Shown here: piece by piece, positions 53,411 to 64,000 of the stretch
Layout of the letters: each line of letters opens with the position of its first letter
How positions within the stretch are numbered: position 1 is the stretch's first letter
Assembly (NCBI RefSeq): GCF_001194135.2
Contig: NC_068994.1
Span: forward strand, 42,626,242 to 42,690,241
Direction: 5' to 3'
DNA length: 64,000 bases
DNA from: Octopus bimaculoides
Lineage: Eukaryota
The notes under the pieces: generated by a model
Seen by the model: the letters and a program-made list of their open reading frames with translations, nothing else
Told to the model about the DNA's origin: nothing
Databases searched by the model: none
Position numbers and translations under genes: made by a program

Positions 53411-53413
<3 letters not shown>
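53177..53413. mobile_element. Unclassified ~237-bp CpG-rich element between TA microsatellites
   Basis: Composition contrasts sharply with its flanks. Contains tataaa and, on the minus strand, gtcc-caaaatta-ggac-GAAA. Confidence 0.45.
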
Positions 53414-53454
<41 letters not shown>

Positions 53455-55593
53455 GAGAGGAAGAGAAAAATCATTCACACTTTCACCATAACATATTTTT
53501 AATATTGTCACACTGCCTATTGATCCTTTTTAAAAGGATGAAAGGCAAATCAACCCCAGCAGAATTTGAACACAAAACTAAAGACAAATAAAATGTCACT
53601 AAGCATTTTGCCTGGCATGCCAACAATTCTGCCACTTCTCTGCCTCTGTCAACCCTCATATTAATTCTATATCTGTACCAGTACCGTCTTCTTTCCTTAC
53701 ACTACAAATAGATCTCTAATGCCTATTTTCTTTGTTTATATCCATGTTTGCATGCTTCAATCATTCATATATGCTGACATTATACATGCAACAGAGCAGG
53801 CTCAATTCATTTCTCCCTAGCCTTCACATATCCTCTTATGCTTTCAGTGACCTTGTCTTACTACAATAGCCTCTCACACACATACCATACAATCTGCCCT
53901 TTAATCATTAATTCAAACTGAACTGGCACCATAATTGAAACAGAAAAATATTTTTGCCTTGAGAATGGTCAACATTATCCGTTGGAACAAGTTCATTTCA
54001 TTTACATTACTTATTCTTTTGTAAAGGAACAGATGTATTAACCCCCAATTTTCTGACATCATATTTATTCCTAAATTCTTCTTATGTAAGTAGACAGCTG
54101 TTCAAACTTACAGTTGATTTTTTTTTTCTTTTAAATAGACATATTTTCTTCAAATATGCTTTTCACAAAGACACAGATCATTTTATTTGATTCTATTTTA
54201 TTCTATAGCTGTGTATTGTTGCATGCAAGAAATCATTCCTCCTCCCACCAAATACTCTTGACATGTTTTACTTGATAACCAGAAGTTTATGAAGCAGAAA
54301 CTATATGCTAACATGCTGAAATTCATTGGTAACAACAACTTTATTCTGTAAGCTTTGAAGACAAAAAAAAATCTCTATAATTTTAAAAGTCAATTCTGGC
54401 TCTAACAGAACTCATGTTTAGAAGGAATTTTGATGTAAGTAAAAAAATAAGAAAATAGAAGTTTGTTTTATGAATAAAACAGGTTATGAAAATGATGAGA
54501 GCTTTTGAGTTGAAAGGAAGCTCAAGAAAGCTGGATTTGTGACTTAGTATTGGAACCTGCTGGTAGCTTTATGACTTGTATTGCAAATAGTCTTTCTTGT
54601 GGACCCAGTAACTGCTTCACTGCATTTATAACAGGCTGGGTGATAAGGGAGTGTTTGTGTAATTTTAGTTACAAAAATAACACAAAATATTTTTGTTTGA
54701 CAATAGTTGTTTATAAGCAATTTTTCTTGCTAATGTGTATATATTTTGTTGATACATGCACGGGTATACAGAGAGAGAGAGAGAGGGGGGGGGCACACAC
54801 ACACACACACAAACACTCAAGGACTAGTTGAGAAATGTTGAACATAGAAACTGACGTAATCTTAACTGTAGCAGACGATGAAAGTCTTTTGATCAGAAAA
54901 CATCATAAACATATGAAACAGAATAAACAAATTTGGGAAGATGTATAAGAAACGATTAGTCACACTGTGTCTCCGGTTGTGCAGTATTAACAAGAACGTA
55001 CATCTTTGGGCATGACAGAGCTAGGGCTTACATACACTTGAACTTAAGCTAGTATTTTGTAAAAATAACAGTAAGGAGATAGTAAGACAAAATGGATAAT
55101 GGATACCTGAGTGGATGTGGTATGAGATCATCCAGCTCTGAGGAACAGTAGCTTTTACAGGTGCAGGAATAGTTGTGTGGTTCAGAAGTTTGCAATTTCA
55201 GGTTCAGTTCCATTGCAAAGCACTGGTACAAGTGGTGCTATCTACTATAGTCCCAACCAGACAAATACCTTATAAGGTATTCACATATCCCAACACATAT
55301 ATTCACACAGAGTTGAAATGCTGTTTGATTTATTTTTTTCAGCGTACAATTTTCATCATCCCACTACCAAGTATGACATCACCCCTTCCTTCCTTTCTCA
55401 TTCATAAACACAAGAGTATTATTATAGTAGATTGTCTCAGTAACAATGAGAGCTATGAAAAAAATACAAAGCCCAGCATCTGTGTAATTTTTTGCGCAAT
55501 TCCACCCATCTGTTTGACTGTGAATCCCAAGACAAGAAAGAATCGCCCATGTCAAATTTATATGTATAGATTCATAAACATATATTTATATAC

Positions 55594-55659
<66 letters not shown>

Positions 55660-55674
55660 GTGCTGCATAAATGC

Positions 55675-55858
55675 ATCCATACTGGTGGCATAAAAAAAGT
55701 CAACCAGTTCACTCTGTAAAGTGATTAGTCTTAGGAAGGGCATCCAGCCATAGAAGTCATGCCACAACAGACAGTTGGAGTCTGGTCAGCTCCAGATCAA
55801 ACCCTCAAACCCATGCCAGCGTGAAAAGACGGATGTTAAACGATGATGATGATGATGA
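55675..55858 (+). mobile_element. RTE-related 3' fragment with (GAT)n tail
   Basis: ttaggaagggcatccagcc...cccatgccagcgtgaaaagacggatgttaaacgatgatgat. Confidence 0.8.
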
Positions 55859-56608
55859 TACCTTTTAAAAACGACATATCTCTGCCAAAAAGACTTTGTG
55901 TGTATATACAGCAATACCAAATGAACAAGAAATCAGTTAAATATAGTATATGATCTCTGTTTACCGTTAACATTAATTGATGCAAATATTGAACTTTTAG
56001 TGGGAATGAAAAGCAATCAAATTCAGGTGATTTTTTTTTTTCCTCCTTTGATTGATTAAATATTGGTCTTTTAGTTTGGCAAAATGCCACAAAATTGAAA
56101 ATAAAAGCGAAGATCTGCGACATTCATTCCACTTTCAAGGTCATAAGTATTAGCTTGGAATAAAAATCCAGGTGAAGCATCAGATGATGATGATGATGAT
56201 GATGATGAGGAGGAGGAGGANNNNNNNNNNNNNNNNNNNNNNNNNNNNNNNNNNNNNNNNNNNNNNNNNNNNNNNNNNNNNNNNNNNNNNNNNNNNNNNN
56301 NNNNNNNNNNNNNNNNNNNNNNNNNNNNNNNNNNNNNNNNNNNNNNNNNNNNNNNNNNNNNNNNNNNNNNNNNNNNNNNNNNNNNNNNNNNNNNNNNNNN
56401 NNNNNNNNNNNNNNNNNNNNNNNNNNNNNNNNNNNNNNNNNNNNNNNNNNNNNNNNNNNNNNNNNNNNNNNNNNNNNNNNNNNNNNNNNNNNNNNNNNNN
56501 NNNNNNNNNNNNNNNNNNNNNNNNNNNNNNNNNNNNNNNNNAGGAGGGTGACGACGATGACAATGATGATGATGGTGATGATGATGGTGATGATGATGAT
56601 GATGATAC

Positions 56609-56755
56609 TGGTTTCAAATTTTGGTACAGGGCCAGTAATTTTACTGCAGTGGGTACATTGATGACACTAACTTTAGTGTTCAACTGGTGGTTATTCTATC
56701 AACCCTGAAGAGATGAAAGGCAAAGTTGACTTTGGTAGGATGTGAACACTCAGAG
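56609..56755 (-). mobile_element. SINE-B partial
   Basis: tttcaaattttgg...gatgaaaggcaaagttgac. Another partial at 53521-53640. Confidence 0.7.
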
Positions 56756-56802
56756 AGCCTTGCATGAAATGTCCTTTATAGTAAGCTTATGGTATACATA
56801 TA

Positions 56803-56953
56803 TGCAGGGTGTGATGGGTAAATTGCTGCCATTTTATATTTTTAATTTCACACATGTGCATTGTTTGTTTTTTATTTAATTGACTACACAGTATAGTAGG
56901 GTCAGCCGGGCACTGTCTGTGAGAAAAACAGCACCATGACGCAATTCATTCTG
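56803..56953 (+). mobile_element. Isolated left end of the maT element
   Basis: tgcagggtgtgatgggta...ctgtgagaaaaacagcaccatgacgcaattca aligns with 26844-26992. Confidence 0.85.
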
Positions 56954-57074
56954 TGTTTGGAGATCAATGCCATCAATTGTGATTAAAGTGTGATTAAAGT
57001 GTACCGCCCTCTGCTATAAATGAGTGATCGTGAATCAATGTTAGAAATCATTATTTTCAGACTAATCTTAATTA

Positions 57075-57540
57075 TGACTTGTATATGACTACTCATTGCT
57101 ATGGTTGTTCTTCATTACAATTAGCTTGCCTTTTCTACAATAAGTTGCTTTACCTCAATATTAATGAACTGCATTTTCATAAGACTGATCTTTGTAATGA
57201 TTGGTCATGACTATGATTGACCTGAGTTCTCTATAAGTTGCTCTATATTAATATTGATTAACTGTATTTCTATAAGGGCTGACCTTTACTATGGCTGATC
57301 ATCACTATGTCCTCACTATGACTGGCTTGTCTTTTCCATAATTTGTTCCATATTAATATGAATTACATCTGACATAAGACAGCTCTTTGCTATGACTGTT
57401 CTTCACAATCTGGCTTGTCTTTTCTATAATAAATCATTCTGTATTAATATAAATTAATAATATCTTTCATAAGACTGGTCTTTGCTATGATAGTTCTTCA
57501 TTATGACAGACTGGCTTCCTTGCTTTATTTCTATAAAGTT
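57075..57540. repeat. Degenerate minisatellite, ~87-105 bp unit, about 5 units
   Basis: Anchor tattaat at 57159, 57246, 57351 and 57442, followed by cataagactg.tctttgctatga and ctggcttgtcttttc. Confidence 0.75.
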
Positions 57541-57740
57541 TGCAAATCATATTCAATTACAGTATATGATAGCATGTACCAACAGAAAGACATTTTCAGT
57601 TGTTTTTTTCTTAATACTTATAGTTTGGAAATTTGCTTGCTATTTCCCTCTTTTGTGCATATATACAAATACATACATTATATATATGTATGTGTATAGA
57701 TATATCTATATATATCTATATCTATCTATCTATCTATCTA

Positions 57741-57779
<39 letters not shown>

Positions 57780-59173
57780 CACTCTGCATGTGTGTTTATA
57801 TAACATCAGTAATAACAACAGCAATAATAATAATGCTGATAATGTTGATGGTGACAATGCTGCTACTGCTGCTGCTGATGATGATGATAATCGCTCACAG
57901 TATGTTTGTCCTATGTTATTCATTGTCAATTTCCAAAATTTGTTTCTATAGTAACTTCCATATAGTTGTGGTCTGTTTAACAGCACATGTTTCTTTATTA
58001 ACTCATATACTGGCCTATCTTCTGCTTTGTGTCATTGCAACAACTGATATTATATCTTGCTGCTTCCCGGGCAGGATATAGCCTTTGACCTTCCATTGAT
58101 TATTAGCGCTGCTACGGATATGTTCCATTATGTAGAACAGATTGACAGCTGCTTCTGTCAATAGTGACAGTGAAGTAATCCTCACAAGACTCTCTGATAA
58201 CTACATTTTCAATAATGAAAGAAGACCCTTGACTTTGCTTCTAACCATCAGATTTGGCACAACAATATCCCTATTTGTTCTGTACTCCAACTTCCATTAT
58301 TTCTTCATCTAAACAGCCAATGTCACTATCTGAAGCAACCTCTCTTGGCAGTTCTACATTCTCACTACAGTAAATCTGCCTACAGGAAAATTGGTTTCCA
58401 TTCCAAAATTTCTACATCCTCGCTCACTTACTCACTTTTCTGTTTGCTCTCATCTTTTGATCTTTCTTTTTTCTTTTCTTTCTTTCTCTCTCTCTCACTC
58501 ACATTACATAATGTTTTCTCTCTCCATCTTTCTCTCCTCTTCCTCTCTCTCCTCTTCTCACTCTCTCTCTCTCTCTCCCCTTCTTGTTCTGTTACATTCA
58601 AATTCATTTTCACTTTTACCTGTCATAATCTATGAAAAGTCTTTATCAGCCTACAAAACCTCAATACTCAAAAGCTATGAGTACATTTGTGTTCATTTCG
58701 CAAATGTTTACCAGACAAAAAAAAAAAAAAAGGAAAAAGAAAGGAAAATGATAGTCTACAAATTCAAAAACTATATTCTGTTATTGATACAAGATGACTA
58801 AAAGCAACCTTGTTTATTGGTATAGGCTTATTGTGGTCATCATCTGATGTTATTTACATTGAATATTATTTGCAATAATTTTTCATGAGGAAAAACTATT
58901 AAACAGATGGAAATTTCTAACACAAAAACCAACAAAAGAATTATCAATTTTCCTTGTTATCTATGACAGATAAATTTGATATTTCAGTTTTTTTTTTGTT
59001 TTTTTTTTTTGTTAATAGCATACACTAAATACAAAGTTTTAAAGTTTAAAAAAAAACCCACACTTTTGGTGAAGAACTGTCTATCCATTTATCTCTCTAT
59101 CTGTCTGTCTGTCTGTCAATCTATCTATCTATCTATCTACCTATTAATCTATCTGTTTATCTACCTATCCCTC

Positions 59174-59209
<36 letters not shown>

Positions 59210-59909
59210 GTCTACGAATCTATCTATCTATCAATGTACCAATCTATCTATCTGTATATCTATCAATCTCTTTATCTGTCTGTCTGTATATCTATCTATC
59301 TATGAATCGATCTATCTATCAGTCTGTCTATCTATCTATTTATCCGTCTATCTATCTATCTGCCTATCAATGAATTGATCTGTCTGTCTATCTATCTAGC
59401 TTGCTATCTATATATCTATCACTGTGACTAAGTTTGCATAACTTATTTGTACAATTGTAGAAAGAAACAAAAGAATGTCATAGTATTAATAATTAGTGAA
59501 ACCAGTTTTTTGGCATAAGATGCCAGCTTTTAAAAAGAACTGTGTGATCATTAAGATCAAGTCTCATCTTATTGGACAACATTTGTTTTAGTAGCTATTT
59601 GCGCAATCAAAATTTTAAATTTGGTATTTTACAAACTAGAGATAGTCCATCCACAGTTTCTTTCTTAATTTCTAATATACACTACTAATGATCACATTAG
59701 TCATACAGAGGTTTCCTGACCTCAATACAACCAATATATAACTCCCGAAAAGACTTCAAACATACCTTCTGGTTCAAATTGTTTCATTAAGATACAAAAA
59801 TTCTTAGGCAGTATATTCTGATTGGTCATTAATATATGTTTATCATTAAGGTACTGAGTTGAAATAATCATAGGCACACTGAGCAAAATGCTTAGCAGCA
59901 TTCCATACA

Positions 59910-60343
59910 TACTCTTTTAATTGTTTCAGTCATTTGACTGTGGCCATACTGGTGCACAGCCTTTAGTCGAGCAAATTGACCCCAGGACTTATTTTCGTTT
60001 TTTGGCTTTATTGTGAATGTTTATTTCTTTCATTTTGATACACATCATTGAAAAATACACACACACATACGTATACATACAAATACACAGACATATATAT
60101 ATATCCATATGCATCTCTTTCACATGTATATATATTATATTATATGTATGTATGTATGTATGTATATATATATATATATATAACAGGCTACTTTCAGTTT
60201 CTGTCTACCAAATCCACTCACAAGGGTTTAGCTGGCTGGAGGCTATAGTAGAAGACACTCACCCAAGGTGCCATGGAGTAGGACTGAACCCAGAACCATA
60301 TGGTTGGGAAGCAAACTTCTTACCACACAGCCACTCCTGCACC
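59910..60343 (-). mobile_element. SINE-A with part of the 3' half deleted
   Basis: 3' piece at 59910-59996 and head at 60183-60343 ending ccactcctgcacc. Confidence 0.75.
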
Positions 60344-60365
60344 TATCTATCTATCTATCCATATG

Positions 60366-60401
<36 letters not shown>

Positions 60402-60679
60402 ATATAGTGTGTGTGTGTGTGTGTAAAACAAGTGTGTGCACAACTTCTGTCCACCCAGGAGATTGAGATAGGGAAAGTTGTCTGTCCATGTTCGTTAACG
60501 AAGTTGAAATGCAAGCTAAAGAAAACTAGTTATTCAATTATATAAATGGAGACACACTTCCAAAAAGGATGAGCTGTACACAACTGAAGTATTTATGATC
60601 ATAAGGATTTTTCAGTCAATGTTGACCTGTGGTTAAACAAAATGACATTACAACCAACAATGTTGACAATGATATTGAT

Positions 60680-61190
60680 GATGGTATTGGTGGTGGTGGT
60701 GGTGGTGGTGAAGATGATGATGATAATAATGATGACAACAACAATGAGCAATGACAATGATGATGGTGGTGATACTGGCATCCATGAATGATGATCGAGG
60801 GGGAGGAGGAGGAGCAGGATGGGAGGAGAGGGATGGGCGGAGAGGGTTTGGAGAATGGGAGGAGAGGGTGGGGTGAGATGAGAGGGGTAGGAGGTAGAGA
60901 GGGTGGAGAAGAGAAGGGAGGAAGAGAGGTTGTAGGAGAAGGTGGGGAAGGAGGGGAGAGTGTGGAGGAGAGGAGAGGGTGGAGGAGAGGAGGAAGAAGG
61001 AGGAGGAGGAGGAGGAAGAAGGAGAGGAAGAAGAAGAAGTGAAGGAAAAAGAGGAGGAAGATGAGGAGAAAGAAGAAGAGGATGAAGAAGAGAAGGAAGA
61101 AGAAGAAGAGGAGGAAGAAGAAGAGGAGAAAGAAGACGAGGATGAAGATGAGGAGGAAGAAGGGGAGGAAGAGGAGGTGGATATTGATAT
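60680..61190. repeat. (GGT/GAT)n followed by a long polypurine (GAG/GAA/GGA)n tract
   Basis: Visible repeats. Source of the poly-E/K/R ORFs. Confidence 0.9.
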
Positions 61191-63463
61191 TGTTGATAAC
61201 TATGATTACAACTCAAGTAAAACACCTATGTGAATTTATTATTCCCTGCATTCACAAAACTCTTCTTCACTTCACCTTCAAAAAGACAAAAAAGCAAAAC
61301 ACACACACACACAAACAAACAAAAAAGAATGAAACACTGTTGCACTATCCATTAGCTCTTAATACATTTCTTTTCATCTTTGTGAAGGCCAATGTTTGAA
61401 ACTGAGATACAGTTGTGATTCATGTCCTTCAAACAGACTGCTCGGTGTGGTCACTGGAATATGATATGGCGATCTTTATCCCATTTGCTAGTTCTTTCTT
61501 CAATATATTATTGATCACCCAGTATTTCTGTATTTCAACAACAATGCTTAAACCCCAAGCACTTTGTTGCATCTCACCCATTGAATAAGGTGATGCCAAA
61601 TATTTCCCATAAATCATTTTCACCAAATTCCTTTAACCAGAACATCATGACATATAACTGTGAAAGCATTCTAACCATTATTTCAAGATCTTCTCACGAT
61701 TCTATTACCATTTTCCCTGCTGCTGCTGATGATGATGCTGGTGTTGCAGCTGCTGTCTGTTATCATTTCTAATGGGTGTCTTTGCAACATCTAATCTTAT
61801 AACAGCTGTACAAAGATTACTGTCTTTCTCTCAGGTAATGGGACTTACTAAACAGATTATGAATCCACTGATATACTCAAATATAGCTTCTCTTAGATTT
61901 GTATAAGCTGAATATTTTATTGACACTTATATGGTAATATCCCAACTTGTATGGCTAAATCATATTTTTATTAAGCATCACAAATGTTTTTTACAAACTA
62001 TTCCTACAAAAAAAAAAAAAATGTAACCATATTTTTTTAAATCTTTTCTTTTTTATTTTTAGTCATTATTTGAAATATAAATAATCAATTGATTGAGTCA
62101 TACANNNNNNNNNNNNNNNNNNNNNNNNNNNNNNNNNNNNNNNNNNNNNNNNNNNNNNNNNNNNNNNNNNNNNNNNNNNNNNNNNNNNNNNNNNNNNNNN
62201 NNNNNNNNNNNNNNNNNNNNNNNNNNNNNNNNNNNNNNNNNNNNNNNNNNNNNNNNNNNNNNNNNNNNNNNNNNNNNNNNNNNNNNNNNNNNNNNNNNNN
62301 NNNNNNNNNNNNNNNNNNNNNNNNNNNNNNNNNNNNNNNNNNNNNNNNNNNNNNNNNNNNNNNNNNNNNNNNNNNNNNNNNNNNNNNNNNNNNNNNNNNN
62401 NNNNNNNNNNNNNNNNNNNNNNNNNNNNNNNNNNNNNNNNNNNNNNNNNNNNNNNNNNNNNNNNNNNNNNNNNNNNNNNNNNNNNNNNNNNNNNNNNNNN
62501 NNNNNNNNNNNNNNNNNNNNNNNNNNNNNNNNNNNNNNNNNNNNNNNNNNNNNNNNNNNNNNNNNNNNNNNNNNNNNNNNNNNNNNNNNATATATATATA
62601 TATATATATAATAACAGCTTTTAGTATAAAAATATGATTTGGAATGTTGGGGATTTTTATGAATTTACTTTCCTTTTTTTGTCATTCATGTACCCATTTC
62701 TTTTGTATTTGACATGTTGGCAAATGTGGTCATTTGCTTGTATCTTTTATACTGAAATACTCTATGGAAAGTCAACCTTTGTATTTATATTGTGAAGTAT
62801 TTTCTGAGAAATATGTTATATTGCTAATCTATAAATTACTTTGGATAGAGCAGTCCACTGGAAAAATTACACGATAAATGTCCGCATTTGCTTGGATCTT
62901 TTATGCTCGAATACTCTATCTAAAGTTAACCTTTGTACATTTTATTATGGAGTATTTTCTGAAAAAATATATTATATCTCCAAGCATAAAGATACAATAT
63001 ACAGTACATAAAAAAAAAAATGGATTCAAGGCAATACGTGTAACTCCTTAATTATCACATCTTTACAATCTATAATATTGATGGTTTCTTTACTAGCTAT
63101 AAGGGCATTTGAAAATGGAGGTATTGAATGGATAAGAGCAAAGCAGAGAAAGGGGATGGATTGGACAATTTTAACATGATATTATTTAAATTATTGATTA
63201 AAAAGACAATATTATAAAATAATGAATGAGTAACTGAAAAAATGCCATAAAGAAAGCAGCCACACAGGCTACATCAAGGCTTTCTGTAAACCACAGACAT
63301 CACTCTCCGCTAAAGATTAATGTTTTCTGCCTATCTAAAGTTTATGATTAAAAATATAATCATCAACAACAAAAAAAAAAAAAAAGTGGTATCGCACTAG
63401 AATGTTTTTAATCATAGGACTGCTTGCTCTGGATTAAACCTGGAGCCTATGTTAAACATAAGC

Positions 63464-63464
<1 letters not shown>

Positions 63465-63506
<42 letters not shown>

Positions 63507-63522
63507 TAGTAATAATAATAAA

Positions 63523-63555
<33 letters not shown>

Positions 63556-63573
63556 AATAATAGTAAGAAGAAC

Positions 63574-63623
<50 letters not shown>

Positions 63624-63701
63624 GAGTTACGTCAATCCTTTGTTTAAAAATAATAATAATAATAATGATGACGACGATGATGATGATGATGATGATGATG
63701 A
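63465..63701. repeat. (AAT)n/(GAT)n microsatellite forming the tail of the adjacent SINE-B
   Basis: Visible triplets. Confidence 0.9.
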
Positions 63702-63914
63702 TTTCAAATTTTGGCACAAGGCCAGCAGTTTCGAGGGAGGGAGCTAGTTGATCACATCGACCCAAGTACTTGACTGGTACTTATTTTATCAACCCCAAAA
63801 AGATGAAGAGTAAAGTCGACCTCAGTGGAATTTGAACTCAGAACATGCAAACTAATGAAATGCTGCTTAGCATTTTGTCTGGCATGCTAAAGATTCTGTC
63901 AGCTTGGTGCTTTA
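63702..63914 (-). mobile_element. SINE-B, full length
   Basis: tttcaaattttggcacaaggccagcag...gaatttgaactcagaac...cattttgtctggcatgctaa. Confidence 0.85.
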
Positions 63915-63938
63915 ATCATCATCATCATCATCATCATG

Positions 63939-63986
<48 letters not shown>

Positions 63987-64000
63987 TTCAGGCTTCCAGA

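Larger units (their letters stand above)
2684..62589. other. 13 assembly gaps (N-runs)
   Basis: 2684-3238, 4195-4333, 9523-9830, 13463-14268, 14994-15270, 16365-16934, 21592-21682, 23182-23235, 35536-35580, 45090-45474, 47494-48150, 56221-56541, 62105-62589. Most abut simple repeats. Confidence 0.98.

Noticed and set aside
60599-61399. Poly-Glu / Lys-Arg / Pro-Leu ORFs resembling an acidic protein
   Set aside because: All frames on both strands are open because the DNA is a purine triplet microsatellite. There is no complex coding context.
2595-62637. Long ORFs containing X runs in the ORF track
   Set aside because: They exist only because N-gaps contain no stop codons.

Overview
AT-rich, microsatellite-saturated animal genomic DNA from a gapped draft scaffold, with 13 N-runs, most of them abutting (TA)n. 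The repeat repertoire looks like a coleoid cephalopod, probably Octopus; this is inferred from recalled repeat sequences, not from a search. I find no confidently identifiable host gene, tRNA, rRNA or CRISPR. Almost all supplied ORFs are translations of microsatellites or N-runs. The window is mostly transposon fossils. (1) Three tRNA-headed SINE families, labelled A, B and C here; SINE-A carries an internal (TA/TG)n tract that other elements repeatedly occupy. (2) LINE remnants: RTE, and R4/Dong-like. (3) Penelope-like elements (PLEs), one with a recognisable GIY-YIG domain. (4) DNA transposons: an internally deleted DD37D (maT) element with both TIRs, an internally deleted Tc1 element with TA flanks, a heavily decayed Chapaev3-like transposase, TTAA MITEs and a foldback-like element. 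The most interesting signal is a set of minimal hammerhead-ribozyme-like motifs at PLE 3' ends. One is a U3-A8 core variant conserved in two copies; the others are decayed or partial, and all sit in elements embedded in TA microsatellites. This extends known PLE biology and is not a proven new system. Repeat boundaries are by eye, roughly +/-10-20 nt unless TIRs define them.
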